A stretch of 64,000 nt of DNA. Source: Eukaryota sp. GEM-RC1. Taxonomy: Eukaryota. Each line of letters begins with the position of its first letter. The first letter of the stretch is position 1. Positions 51,279 to 64,000 of the stretch are shown here, piece after piece. The notes below the pieces were generated by a model. That model ran no database searches. It was not told the DNA's origin and saw nothing but the letters and a program-made list of their open reading frames with translations. Made by a program: the position numbers and the translations under genes. The DNA lies in the NCBI GenBank assembly GCA_040285855.1, contig JAUFOQ010000002.1, positions 1,860,001-1,924,000 of the forward strand, written 5' to 3'.

Positions 51279-53819
51279 ATGTTCAGTCCTGATAATCCTG
51301 TTCGTAGAGGTAACATTGGTCGCGGTGCCCGTGGTGCCAGTCGAGGACGTGGTCGTCGCTTAGGACTTAGAGGCCGTGGTGGTGGTGGTCCTCGTGATGT
51401 TGGCGTATGTTTCTTTGACTGATTCTTACAACAGTTTACCTATTTGCAAGATCAACTTGCAAGAAAAAATGTTGGTGAAACTCAACTTCTGACTAATTGT
51501 CACCAAATTCATGTATCTGATCAACCTCTTTGGGTTTATGCTCCTTCTTTTCCCGCTACCGTTACTGATGATCTTTTCCGTAGACGAATGGTGACCGAAA
51601 TGTGGGAAACGGCTTTTGGTAGCAAACATCAGATCCCATTTGGTGAGATCGTGTTTGTTTCGAATCTGATCTACACGTTGAAGCCCATTGAACAATTTCA
51701 CGATACCTCTTATGATGTTCGACACCACAACTCCCGTTTCAACATGGAAGTTACTTTTATCCGTCAAATCACAAACCGAACTCCCACAAGTATTGATGAA
51801 TCACAGCTCAATGAACAACTACATTCTTATTTGTTGCAATTAGCTCTCAGAAAATCGGACTTGGTTCATTTCCACTCCAACTACTATGACCGTGAACCCC
51901 GTACTCATGAACTTTCAGATGAGTTTGATATCTTACCCGCATGGGTACCCCGTTTGTTGTGGCGTTCTTCTGGTTGGATTCTAGAAGTCCATACTTATAA
52001 CAAGGTATTGTGCAAAATCAACATGCTTGATTCCCTTAAACAACGGAAAGCTCACTTCCAAGGACCTGAAGAACAAATCCACAATCAATTGCATGAAGAG
52101 GTAAAATGGGGAGTGTATTGGCTGTCTCACAGTCACAAGTTTGTTACGTTGGGCGGTATAGATTGGACTAAGACACCGTCATCAACCTTTGACAATAATG
52201 GAACTACTACTTCATTTGCTTCTTACTTCCAACAAGTATACAACGTACATCTCGAACCCAACCAACCTCTTGCTTATCGTTGGATCGGATATAGAGAAGA
52301 GTACGCTTACTACCCTATTCAAATTTTAAAAAAATCTGGAAACTTTTCTGAACCCCTACTTGAGATCATCAATCAACTCACCCAAACCAAGCCTGGCGAA
52401 ACTGTTCAGAGAATCAGAGAATTCTTTGAAGTAATGACCAAGCAGGTGTCTCAAAACAATCGTGCTCCAACCTCTCCCATGGATTTCTTGAAGAACTGGG
52501 GAATTCAGTTACCTAGTAACGCAGAACAGTCCTCTATTGTAGTTGACACCATTGCCCTCAAGCCATTCACCATTGATATTGGCTCAGAACGTTTCCCTTC
52601 TTCTGATGGATTCTTTGCACCCAAGTTAAGGAATATTCAGATTCCAAATCCTCAGCCTATCAACAATTGGGTCTATGTTTATCATGATGCTACAGAGGCT
52701 TTTGCTTTGAAGATGCTTGATTTTATCAAAAGTCGTATGGAACAATTGAAGATTAATGCTGGAGATCCTTTGGTTATCCTTGTACCTGGAAGAAACAGAT
52801 TCGACCAGCCCTTAGACAATGCTCTTGAGGGTAAAGCTCCTCCTCAGTTTGTCTTTGCTTGTGCCATTGACCAGGACAAGACCACTTATGATTTGTTTAA
52901 GAATTATTGCACCACTCGTGGAATTGTTTCACAGTACTTTGCTGAGTCTGAAGTTAAATCTAAACCTCAAGCTGTTATTGGATCTAACCTTGTTCTTCAA
53001 GCGCAGGCAAAACTTGGTGCCACTCTCTGGAATGTCGAACTTCCTCCTAAAGTTTTTGGTCCCAATGGATCCTTCCCCACTTTGATTCTGGGTATGGAGG
53101 TGTATTATGGTAAGCATACTGCTTCTTGTTTGGCTCTTGTAGGCATGTTTGTGTTCCACAACAAACTTTCTTGGTTCTCCAAAACTAAGGAATTGCCTCC
53201 TACTCAAGAAGTCTCTCAACTTGTTACTCCGTTGGTTGCGGAATGCCTCCAGCACTTCAATTCTATTAATGCTCCTGAACCCCGAACAGTGATAATCTAC
53301 AGAGATGGAGTTGATGAATATCAGTTTAACTTGGTACGAAGTCTAGAGCTTGAACCCGTCAAGCAAACCATTAAGGCGACTCACCACGAAGCTTGTATTG
53401 TCTTTAACATTGTCCAAAAGGGAGTCAACACAAAGTTCTTCTCTCCTAATACTAGAGATCTCAACCTGAGTGCTGGAACTGTTATCAGCTCTACTGTCAC
53501 CAGGGATCAGTCACTGTTTGGTCACGATTACTTTATACAATCTGGCATGACTGAAGTTGGAACCTCAAGTCCAGTTCATATTAATGTTCTTTACAATGAT
53601 CTTCCTCCTGAAGCTGGTGTCCAACCTTCTGATTTATATGATGTGACTTACTCTTTATCACATATGTACTACAACCAGGGTTTTGCCATTGATGTTCCTT
53701 GTGTTTGTCGCTATTCTCGTCGTTTGGCTGTTTTTATGTGTGAACACACCATTTCTACTGCCGAAACTCCTCTGATGCCTGTTCCAAGTCTGTTATTGGA
53801 CAAGCTTTATTATATCTAG
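51279..53819 (+). CDS. Argonaute family protein, PIWI-like; intron 51405-51434 (30 nt)
   Basis: RG-rich exon 1 (GRGARGASRGRGRR). PAZ region TPSSTF...SFASYFQQVY...QPL. MID region YDLFK...SQ and AKLG. PIWI region IIYRDGV, VQK and LSHMYYN...VPC. Confidence 0.93.
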
Positions 53820-53880
53820 GATATGAACAATTTTTTTTTAATGATCGTGTATTGTTTAAACTTGATATTATAGTCTGACT

Positions 53881-54000
53881 CAGGGGTGTCAAAACAATAT
53901 TACAATGAATATCAGTGTATTTAAATCAATGTTGCTATTCTGAAACACACTAATAAATATTGCAATTCTTCAACCAACAGTACAATACTGCAACATTGGA
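53881..54000. mobile_element. One-ended relic of hAT MITE family E
   Basis: CAGGGGTG..AAAACAATATT...ATTGCAATTCTTCAACCAA resembles the reverse complement of 48090-48208. No partner end found. Confidence 0.6.
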
Positions 54001-54962
54001 AAAGTCTAATACGCGCATGACAGCATGAAAACGATTTATTCGGCACCCAATAAGGTAACCTTCCTACGAAACTAGGAAATTGTAAAAACAAACAAATAAT
54101 AATATGATTAAATCCAAACGACTTCATCACCACCTGGAAAAAATACGTTTTTCAACATTAACCTTCACACCAAACTTGTACAATTTCAAGTTCTTAATTA
54201 ATCGAGAGAAATAGAAAGGCATATTCTAAAAAATGGAAAACACTATACGATTTTTCCATTCAGCCATTGTAAACTTACGCTGCCTTTTTTTACACAGTTA
54301 ACCGAAATCCTTGAAAAATTGATCACCAGTAGGACTAATAGGTCCAAAAGGGAAACAGCAAAATGTTGAAACACAATTTGGAATATGAGTTCAATGCAGA
54401 AGAAACCATGTAATGGTAATTCACATGCTCGCAAAGCCATGATTTTATGTGGTTTGAGGCTTGAACACAACTGGTCGTTGGGAAATTGACCAGTTGAAAT
54501 CAGAGCATCAAGAAACTAACAAAAAGTGACATTTATATTTCGATCCACACTAATTCTAATTTTTACGAGCTGAAAAAGGCAATAAAAATTAGTGTGATAC
54601 ACACACATTGAACCAATTGTTGTACAAAACTATGAAGCAAAAGTATGAACAGATGAACTCGAAGTATACTAGTATAAGCAATATTTCCATTGATATGTAA
54701 AACTTGATACTGTAGTAACAGAAAATATTGACCCTTCTTGCTATAGTGGAAAAACAATATTGTTTTCAAACTCTTGGTCTGAATCTTCACCACCACGCGC
54801 AGATCTTCGGTACGTACCGATTTCATTTGATTTCATAAAAAAGCCTCTTTATGAATAATCGAAATGGATTTACCATTTCTATTTTTTGAGTCATTCACTA
54901 GTACTAGCGCAAATTCCTACGGCATCTTCTGATCGTTTATAAATCCAATATGTGGGTTTTGG

Positions 54963-55275
54963 GTCCTTTATCATTGTTATATTCCGTCGTAGCCACTCTT
55001 TAAATGCATTGTGATCACTACTATTGTTGCTTTCGAGCGATTGCTGAGCTTCGTACGTAGAAGTGTCATTTTGGGACAATTGTGGTCATCAAATAACATA
55101 CCCTAAATGTGAATATGTCTGACAATCACGGTTTTGATATCTTGAGCAATGTGTAACGGTAGAATTAATGACGATTTTGTTCAAAATAGTATTAATATAT
55201 TTTAGTTGGTCAAAAGTACTGCTACTTGTATCGTACTTACGGTTTGGTACGGCACGCCTAAATTCGTCGTGATAC
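54963..55275. repeat. Diverged dispersed repeat, with a copy at about 62005-62340
   Basis: Both copies share ttcgagcgattgctgagcttcgta, taccctaaat, tgacaatcacg and ggtcaaaagtac blocks. Confidence 0.75.
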
Positions 55276-55550
55276 GGAGCACTTGCATTACATGGTCTTC
55301 ACCACAGTAAATGTAATAGCCGATTTTTAAAGACAGTCTAAACAGGACAGATTCGAATCCTGATTAGTAATTACGTATTGGGCCAAACAAAACCACGCTC
55401 TCAATGTCCTTTGTCATTTGAATTTGATCAGCGTTAGAGTTGTCAATTGTGACTTCTAGTTGTAACAGATATCTTACCTAATACGTTCAGTTGAATCTGA
55501 TTAGAAAACTCCTAATAAATTGCAGACAATTTATAAACAACAATAATAAC

Positions 55551-56001
55551 TTATTTGGTGTACAACCAAAGGTCTAAATCAACACACATGATTTCCAGTT
55601 CCATCAGCTAGGTGGCCTTGGACTCTACCCTTATAGTGACCAGCAGGGACGATCTTAGGTACTTCAATAGACATGGTAGGGATTTCTTGACGTCTGGGAG
55701 CGACAGGGCATTGAATAGGAAGTCCGTAGTCAGAGGCTTCTTTACACATATCAAGGGTCTTCTTGAAGAAGGGAAACTTGTCATAGTAGATGGAGATGTT
55801 GGCAACGGCGCCTTCAGTGATGGCCTTCTTCAACTCACCAACACCGCGGATGGTAATATTTTGGCCCAATACAATTCTTTCAGGTTCAATTGTGAGAGAT
55901 TCGATCTCCATCACAGCACCAGGACCGGAACAGAACTTGATGCGGTCATCACAGAAGACACAAACAGCAACCAATAGGAAGAGAGCGTAAAATCGGAACA
56001 T
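55551..56001 (-). CDS. ML-domain (NPC2/MD-2-like) lipid-binding protein
   Basis: Signal peptide, LDMC...IQCPV and GHYKG. The tail EIMCVDLDLWLYTK is reached by a 1-nt shift near 55597. Confidence 0.85.
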
Positions 56002-56411
56002 GGGGGGAGGATTTGCTTTTTCGGTTCTAGTTGAGTTTAGGTCTTGATCAGTCATTCATCAATCTGTTTGATGTTGAATTGTGTCGTTATTTAGCCCACA
56101 CGCTCATTCTTGTTGACAGGAAGAGTAATCAATCACATACAGTGGTAGCCTGTATTAAACAAATGGCTCACTACACTCTCGAAATAAAGACCAGCTTTTC
56201 CTGAATATCATTTTTTTTAATTAACGTACATTTATTCGAAAATAAAAAAATCTCAATGCAAAGTTAATCTGAAATATGTGCATTGTTTAAGGAACATTCA
56301 AAAGGAAACATTAAGTACTACAATGTAGTAGCATCAATAAAGAAAGGTTCAAGTCAAAATGAGTCGCAGTCTTTAGATTGACAACGTCCTAAATAATTTC
56401 TTAATTAACTA

Positions 56412-56870
56412 TTAGTTGGTTATTGGTTGAGTCCAGACCCAAAAATCAAAATCAACACATATGATTTCAGTTCCATCGGCAAGATGTGAGTTAAGTCTAC
56501 CAGTATAATGACCAACACGGACAAACTCAGGTAACTCGAATGTCAGTGACTGAACGTGACCACTGCTAGGAAGAATTGGACACTTAATGGGAAGACCGTA
56601 ATCCTTCGCATCTTTGCACAAATCAAAAGTCTTGTTGAAAAGAGGAGATCTGTTGAAGTAGACGGAGACATTAGCAACAGCACCATCAGTAATGACCGTT
56701 TTCAACTCACCAACACCCCTGATGGTGACATTTTTGCCCAAAGTTATATGATATGGTTCGATAGAAAAGGATTCAATGTCCAAAACAGCACTGGGACCAG
56801 AGCATGATTGAAAATGGTCTCCTGCCAAGACACAGACAGCAAACAATAGGAAGAGAGTAAACAACCGCAT
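56412..56870 (-). CDS. ML-domain (NPC2/MD-2-like) protein, tandem paralog
   Basis: Signal peptide, FQSC, FDLC...IKCPI, GHYTG and EIICVDF. Confidence 0.88.
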   Translation of the reverse strand: MRLFTLFLLFAVCVLAGDHFQSCSGPSAVLDIESFSIEPYHITLGKNVTIRGVGELKTVITDGAVANVSVYFNRSPLFNKTFDLCKDAKDYGLPIKCPILPSSGHVQSLTFELPEFVRVGHYTGRLNSHLADGTEIICVDFDFWVWTQPITN

Positions 56871-57498
56871 TGGATTAAGATAACTGCTCTAATCATATTA
56901 ATCCCTAAAAGAATTACAGTTCATTCTCCCAATAAGACCAGGCATCGCATCGGACATATTGGGATGTTAGACAGTATCTGACACTGATTCTTGTCAATCA
57001 ATTTAACAAACAATCAACTATTGTGTCACTTTGGACCAATTCATGGAAAGGTATTGAACGAAAGTGGAGTAGTACATATAGTATTAGCAAAATAAATTTG
57101 TTGTGGTTTTTGGACTGGACGAATTTTGTGGATTCAAAGAGATTTATTATTAACAGCCTTTTCTCCAATTACTTAATCATAAAACTTCTCAGCCGTTTCC
57201 AGGTCAAACAACAGTACTGTATAAGTCTCAATCATCTTATAAACTTGAAAGCCTGTTAATAGATAAATTCTACACATGATAAAAAAAATCTTCAAAGTTG
57301 AATTGAGAACAATAACTCAAATTAAAAAAGCCTCCTAGAGTCTGGATGGACTTACACTACCGTCTTGTCATAATTTCCTGGGGTCGTTTTATAATAAATA
57401 CAGAATTGCATTACTGTATACTTTACAATTGAAAACCATCAGTGAATTACGAATGTGTCGTATGAAATTCTAAAGAGTTGGAGCAAAACATAGCACAC

Positions 57499-57560
57499 CA
57501 TGGCAATAGCATGGCAATAGCATGGCAATAGCATGGCAATAGCATGGCAATATCATGGCA
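57499..57560. repeat. 11-bp tandem repeat CATGGCAATAG, about 5.5 copies
   Basis: Seen directly in the sequence. Confidence 0.9.
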
Positions 57561-57861
57561 GTATCGATAGTGGTCACTGAAGCTAACTAATAGGGAACAA
57601 TTACAGTATAATAGTCTTGAGCAAAAGCGAGTACAAATACCCCGTTGATAAATGTAGTTCAATTGCTAAAAACAGATGAGTTTAAGAGGGATTCAATATG
57701 AATTTGTATATTGTATTAATATTGTGTTTAATTCCCATTTTTTGGTCACAATCAATAAGCTGTAGATCATAACGAACTTCACACAGAAAAGTAGTAGACA
57801 AAGATGCTCTTCATGCAAATCATTTTCTTCATTATATTCAATTATACATGTACAGACATCC

Positions 57862-59138
57862 ATGATTGAACTTGTTGCATCTGTATCTCTTTTTGTTGGG
57901 CTAATGTACGAGGACCAGTAACTTTGCGATCTTGGTCCAATTATCAACACTGTGAGTTCAATGAAACATCGATCTCCAGAATCTGTCGATATGTTCTACA
58001 AGGAGAAGTCTGTGTTCCTGCTTCAGTAGGAATGCGTAGTAAGTTCATTGCAGATGGTGGCTCAGTATCTGCTGTTTCCGCACTGTTTTCTGCTCCTTCT
58101 CTTGGATCTTCTACCAGAAGGCGAATGTCTACCCCAAATCAAGACTCCACTGTCTACTCTCTCACTTTGGTCCTTCCCTGCACTGCTATCCCCCACTACA
58201 CTCTCCTACATCCTACTTTCTGCTACTACCTCTTCAAACAAGCCCATTCAATACGTGATATTCTCCACAGCCACAATCTTCGAGTTGACAAATCCCTTTC
58301 AGCCGACACTCTCTCCCCAACTCTCTTTTCTGAAATAACTCCTTTGGTCTACTCTCTACTCTCCGTCCTTTCATCCCTTTGGACTCCTGTTAGTATTCCA
58401 TATGGTTTTGATGATAGTGTGTTAGCCCTAACTTCCTCTGATGAATCTCACTTGGATTCTCTTTCTCTTTTAATCACTTCTTTTCTTGCCACTGGCTCAG
58501 TTGTCTTTGTTTGTCCTGATGCTGACCTCTGCAATCGGTTCTGTAGCGCAATGCAACTGTTGATTGGTCATGATTATAAGAAACTTCTAAGTCATGGTTA
58601 TCGATCAGAGTTTTTACCCTGTCTTAAAATACAAGGAGTACCTTACTTGGAACCTTATTTTACTAGCTCCATCATACAGCCGATGACGATAGTAGATCTC
58701 AACCCGATGAGGCTTGATTGGAAAGTTGAAAGAATTCGACAGACTCCGCTGCTCCCATTCTTTAATCAATCAAATTTGATGTTTCTGAATCCGGAAGGTA
58801 TATCTGACCCTGAATCACTTTTGATGAACAAAGAGATCCCTTTAATGACGTTATCCAAGAATCACATTGACTGCGACGTTCAAAACTTTGTTTCTCAACT
58901 ACTTATACTACCACCTCCTCTAAGACCCAAGTACATCCATGGCTGGCTGTGTAGTCAGTGGAGGAGAGCATTAGCCCTGGTTAAGGAAGTGAGGGAGACG
59001 TTGGAGGGGGATGATCCACTGAAGTTGTCTGTTCCTTTTTATGTCCTTGCAATGGCTGAGGAGTTGCAGTTTGGAACTTGGATTGATTATGAGAATGGAA
59101 TGGCAAAACAGGCATTTAAGTTTTTGAGTGAGCTTTAG
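57862..59138 (+). CDS. C9orf72-like DENN-family protein
   Basis: WANVRGP..RSW, RYVLQGEV, SKF, SALF and YSLTLVLP parallel the C9orf72 N-terminal motifs. ATG 57862 joins with +1 T at about 57892. Confidence 0.65.
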
Positions 59139-59626
59139 TTGGGGTTATTGATTGATTTTTTGTTGTATTTTATTTTAATGGTAGTGTAAGGATTTCTTCG
59201 TTTGTTGAGTTTTCTTGTATGTGATTTGCTATTGTTTTGTTGTCAATCAATATCAATGTTCAATTAATATTTAGTGTAATCCATAAAATTTGACAATCTG
59301 GTAACTGTTCTTTGATAATTACAATTTTGCTCTTACATCTCTTTGATATCTTCTGATTTTTGATGTTTTTGCACATGTCATTTTTTCTGGTTTAGTCTCA
59401 TATATTTGGACATAAAGATTCTGTGTTTTTTTTTTCATATCAAAAATTTTCATACACTTACTAGTATAATGTCATAATATTTGTTCTTCATGAGTATTAA
59501 TTCAATCTAATTCGTATTGGATGTGTGATTTTGTGAAGTTATTCCTTCACACAGTAATTCTTAGTGTCCTCAACCTGAAAGTGATAAACAATTGTAAAGT
59601 GAAAAGAAATCTCCATATACAACACA

Positions 59627-61964
59627 CTATTTATTATTCTTAAGCTGCTGTAGTTCTTTACGCTGAGACTGACACACTTTACAAAAGAACTCCAAAAACA
59701 GTGGCATTAGCATATAATTCAGTTCATCCATTGTTGTTTTGAGAAATTCAAATTGTTCAAATTGTTTCAGACTAATATAAAAACTCTCAAGTTCTACAGA
59801 TTTTGGCTTGATCTCTGTAATTAATAACTTAATAAAACTAGGCGACCATCCATCAACATCTTCTTGAACTGAGTGAAAAAAACAATTCAATAACCAAGTG
59901 ACATGTTCTCCTTGAATGTTTTTGAAAAATGACGAAATTTCTGAAATATTTGGACGAAATTTTGCTACCGGCAAGCTCTCAACAGAATGTTTTCCAATAA
60001 GATTCATGATAATTTTTCCCGTTTCATTTACAAACTCAGAAGTATCAGAATCAAGTGAGAACTCAATCAACCACGTTACACAAGGAATAGGCGGAGGTGA
60101 ATTCTTGAAGAAATTTAAAAACTTTCTAAACACAACAGGGAAAAGAAAAGCTGGACAACCTACAAGAATGTTAAATAACATCATACCTTCAGCTTCTACG
60201 AATTCTATTTCAGTTAAAAACTGTTCCAACTGTTTTAGAGAACAATAGTCTTCATCTTTTAAAACTCCTAAAACCAAAGAATTCAGCAACCACCACTTGT
60301 CAACAGAATTCAGAAGTGATTGTATGGTATTGAAGGAAAGTGGAATAGGTTGATGAGAGAATTTGATAGTATCTGTAACAACTGTAGACAAGGACTTAAG
60401 CTTCTTGAAAAGTTGAGGAAATTGAGAAACAAAATGATGAAAATTTAAAACTTCGACATCAGCAAGAATTGAAATTAGTTGGTGATTAGTGAGTTGCAAT
60501 TGATCGGGATTGGAAAGTAACTTTTCAATTATTTGAGATATTCCATCAATTTTGAAATACTGTGAAAAATAAAAAACCTTTAGAACATCCGAACATTGAA
60601 AATCAAAGCCTTTACACGTAAAGATTTGAAAAGAGTGTTCAGAAGGCTGGAATCGAATACGGTAGACGGAAATTTTTGCGAAAAATTAAAATTTGTTTCA
60701 AAATGATTGCCTAGAGGATGAGTGAATTCGTTAAGAAAAAACTTTGAGACTGAAGCCATAATTACTTTGTTGCCACTGAAATTGAAATTATTCACAACAA
60801 TTGAAATATCTGATTGACATTGTGCATAAGAATTTTTCAAATCTGTTGCTGACAGACTAAATCGAAGTTCAGTATTCCCTTGAAAACCGTCAGATAGGAT
60901 CTTTTGGCAGAACTTCTCAAGTTGTGGAAATTTCAAATATTTTGCAAAGGTCATAAATTCGATAAAATTGGAGGGATTGACAATGATTGCATCACCATAA
61001 AACGTCATTAATACTTGTTCCAAAAGATCTTCCATTGGTAATAGATGGTTTGGAAATTCAAAAGAATTCAACTTATGGTCCAAGTTTAAGAAGAAATCCG
61101 AAAAAGATTTAAAACACATCTATGGATGGAAAAAGAATTGTTTGATATGTGGACATCAAAGTCAATCAAATTTGATGACGATTTAAGAGCCTTCAGCTGA
61201 TTAAAGTGGTTTATCTCAACTTTTTTAGTTAAATCTGACACTGTTCTTGAGGTCACGGGTTGTTTTCCTTCGTTTGTTTTGTTTAGTGTGGTAGAAGTGG
61301 GGACATTAGGATCTTCTTCAATAAGAGGTGTTTCTTTCCGAAAATCTTCTTCAACAATCATTGTCTCTTTAGGGTAATGATCGTCAACTTGACCTTGAAG
61401 ATGGGATGATTGTGATCTAGTTCTTTTAGCAACTGCAACTTTTGAATGAGAAGTAGAATTACCAGAGGTCTTGGAACTATGTTTGTCAAGAACTAGCATC
61501 CGATTAATAGCAGCTTTAGTGTTTGTATATCGTTTTGAATTAGCGTTAAATGCTTCTGTTACATCAGATCTGTTGATTGAAGGGAACTCTTTAAACAAAC
61601 GTTCAAGATCTCGACGTTCAATGGATTCGAATTCACGGGCAGAGCCGTGAGACGCTGGCTTACGAGAAGATCCAAAGCCTTGTTGTTGTTGAGTTCTGGT
61701 GTGATCAACGTTCCTGGGACTGAGTTGGTCAGAGATGTAAACAGACGCTCTGTTTAAATCAAACTTGCACACTGCAAATTTAGCCCAAAGATCAACAGCG
61801 GGAATTTGAGGAAAAGTTTCGGAAAGGTGAGTCAAATCAACTGCATGACGAGTGAGTAGTGATTCAGCTTTATCAGGACCATCATTGAAGACACGTTGAA
61901 TATGAGTGAGAGGAAGGACAGGAAAAGCCTTTTGAAGCTCATCAATAGGAGAAGGAGAACACAT
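59627..61964 (-). CDS. Protein with CUE-like N-terminal repeats and tandem BTB domains, frameshifted
   Basis: LQKAFP, LSETFP and LFKEFP motifs, followed by FSIHRCVL, FAKYLKFPQLEKFC and NKVIMASVSKFF. Confidence 0.7.
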
Positions 61965-64000
61965 GATTCAACTCGGAAAATCCTAATGCTAATACATCAC
62001 TGGGCCCTTTATCACTGTTATATTCCGGTGTAGCCACTCAATAAATACATTGCGATTCGAATAAGCTACTACATGTACTATTGTTAATTCTTCGAGCGAT
62101 TGCTGAGCTTCGTATGTGGAAACGTCATTTTGGGGAAGTTGTGGTCAGCAAATGACGTACCCTAAATTTGAGTAAGTGTGACAATCACGATATTGATATC
62201 CCTTGTAATGGTTAACGGTAGAATGTATGACCAAGGTAACTGTTACACATTGGATCATCATGTTCAAAATAGTTATAATGTATGTTAGTCGGTCAAAAGT
62301 ACAGTACCGGCACGGAACAATTGCGTTAAATACTACGGACGCACGTGTCATATCATTGTGGCTTTTCTATTATAGTACCTGAAGACTGCTGTAAAACTAA
62401 TTAGAGACAATGTGGAAAATTGACTACACATAATACACATACTGTGTATCTCCAAACAATGAAGACTTGTTACATGAACAGTTGTGCCATTGAAAAATCA
62501 GAGTGACAGCAAAATCCACTTCACTGAAAGCGGTTGTTTTCCTATGTGATGATGTGATAGCGAGGCAGAACATTGTTTTTTTTACATGTACAAGCAAAAC
62601 TTTTATTATAAATGTAATAGATCAAACAACCAAAATTTGATATCATTAAAACAACACCCGTCGCTATCAAACCTTACAACAGCTTTGTCCTCAAAAAAGG
62701 AACTCACTGCTAATAAAGCTTTGGAGATGATTAGGGGAACTGTTTTAAAAACAGTAGAACATTGTAGATGTATATTTTAATTACATTGGTGTAAATGCAG
62801 CAATGATTGATCACCCAATTCCACTTCAATCACCCATGATCTCATCTTCTGATGCAGATAGGCAACAACGATGTGTTGAGTAATTTGATAAACACTATGG
62901 GTGGGTTATGAATCATAGAGTGAAGAAGAAGAACCGAGTACAATGCAGTGATCGTCAAAGTACTGACCATAAATATGGTAACTTTTCAGACAACTTTGTA
63001 AATTTTCCGTGTTTTACGAAACCCTATTCATGTCACTTCTTCTAGTGTTTGATTCCATTTTGGCTTAGTTTGCATCAGTGTTCGATACTTCCTACGTGTT
63101 TTTAAAAGACACCATGTCGATATTAACACGCGTGTCCAAATGGTGTCTTTTAGGTGTTTTTGCATGTTTTTTCCAAAAAACAGTTTGAGGCTTATAATGG
63201 AGAGTTTGATTATATAAACCTTGTTTTGGGCCAATTCTTGCCTTTATCTGACATCTCATCACTGAATCTTGGATTCTTTGGTTCTGATGAGACGAATTGG
63301 TGATTGACAGTGTACTATGTCAGTTTCCTGGCTATTTATTTTAATGTTTGGCAATTCTGCATTAATTGCAATATTTATTTTTTGAAGTAAAAATAGGGTT
63401 TAAGTAAAATGATCAAATCGTCATCCCAAGCTTTACTGGAGTTTTTCAATCTTTGGAGAACACATCATCAGTAAACACGCAGAACACCATGTTTCTTTAA
63501 CGTCCGTGTGAGAGAATGACGACTGACAAACCAGAACACTGATCATAACCATGAGCCATACACAAGATTTTGGAGTGTTTTCTTCATTTGAAACTGTAAA
63601 TAAGACATGGTTTCCGTCCGACGCGTTGTGACGTCACCCCTCACTTCTTTTGTGAGACTACTTCTAAACTAAAACTAATTTTCCACTAAGGGTCAATATA
63701 ATGACCAGTGTATATTGAAGAAACAATTCATTCAAAATAATTCGCTACGATTGAATCAATTGTATCAAAGGAACAGAAACATACCAATGATTACAGAACC
63801 CGATGCTAAAATAGGGACCTTGAGCTCCCTCCAGAACAACAAAAACTGACTGTGTCGTTAAAAATTTCAAAAAATGCAATTTTTTAATAAGTAGAACACA
63901 ACTTCTGTTTGTTTGCTATACAGTAAAACTTCCGTTATTATTCTTGCGCTTATTTTACTTATTTTAAAGAAGTTACAACAAAATACCCAATAGGATCCCT

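Noticed and set aside
63487..63560. Possible FAR1/MULE relic (CFFNVRV...HNHEP)
   Set aside because: Too short and interrupted by a stop codon to support as a feature.

Overview
AT-rich, gene-dense DNA from a microbial eukaryote. It carries uL1/eL6 ribosomal proteins, Rab GTPases, a PIWI-clade Argonaute, a C9orf72-like gene, BTB, LRR and ML-domain genes, and has tiny 27-33 nt GT-AG introns. Many genes are broken by 1-2 nt shifts in homopolymer runs, probably long-read errors. The main find is on the minus strand at about 19783-25330: a Fanzor (eukaryotic TnpB-derived RNA-guided RuvC nuclease) element with all three catalytic residues intact. After homopolymer repair it reads as one ORF of about 1770 aa, with an N-terminal extension carrying about 5.6 tandem copies of a 55-aa unit and a C-terminal CCHC zinc knuckle. 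A hairpin-rich candidate omegaRNA follows the stop codon, and imperfect terminal inverted repeats bound the element. About 1 kb away is a MULE element with a 9-bp TSD next to a 5'-truncated IPK1-like gene. The window also holds six TSD-flanked hAT-type MITEs or derivatives, a Tc1/mariner-type MITE, decayed RT-RLE non-LTR retroelements, a recent head-to-head inverted gene duplication, a probably slicer-dead PIWI, and three bacterial-looking genes (nagB, SAM methyltransferase, DUF3293). All family assignments come from motif recognition by eye, not database searches.
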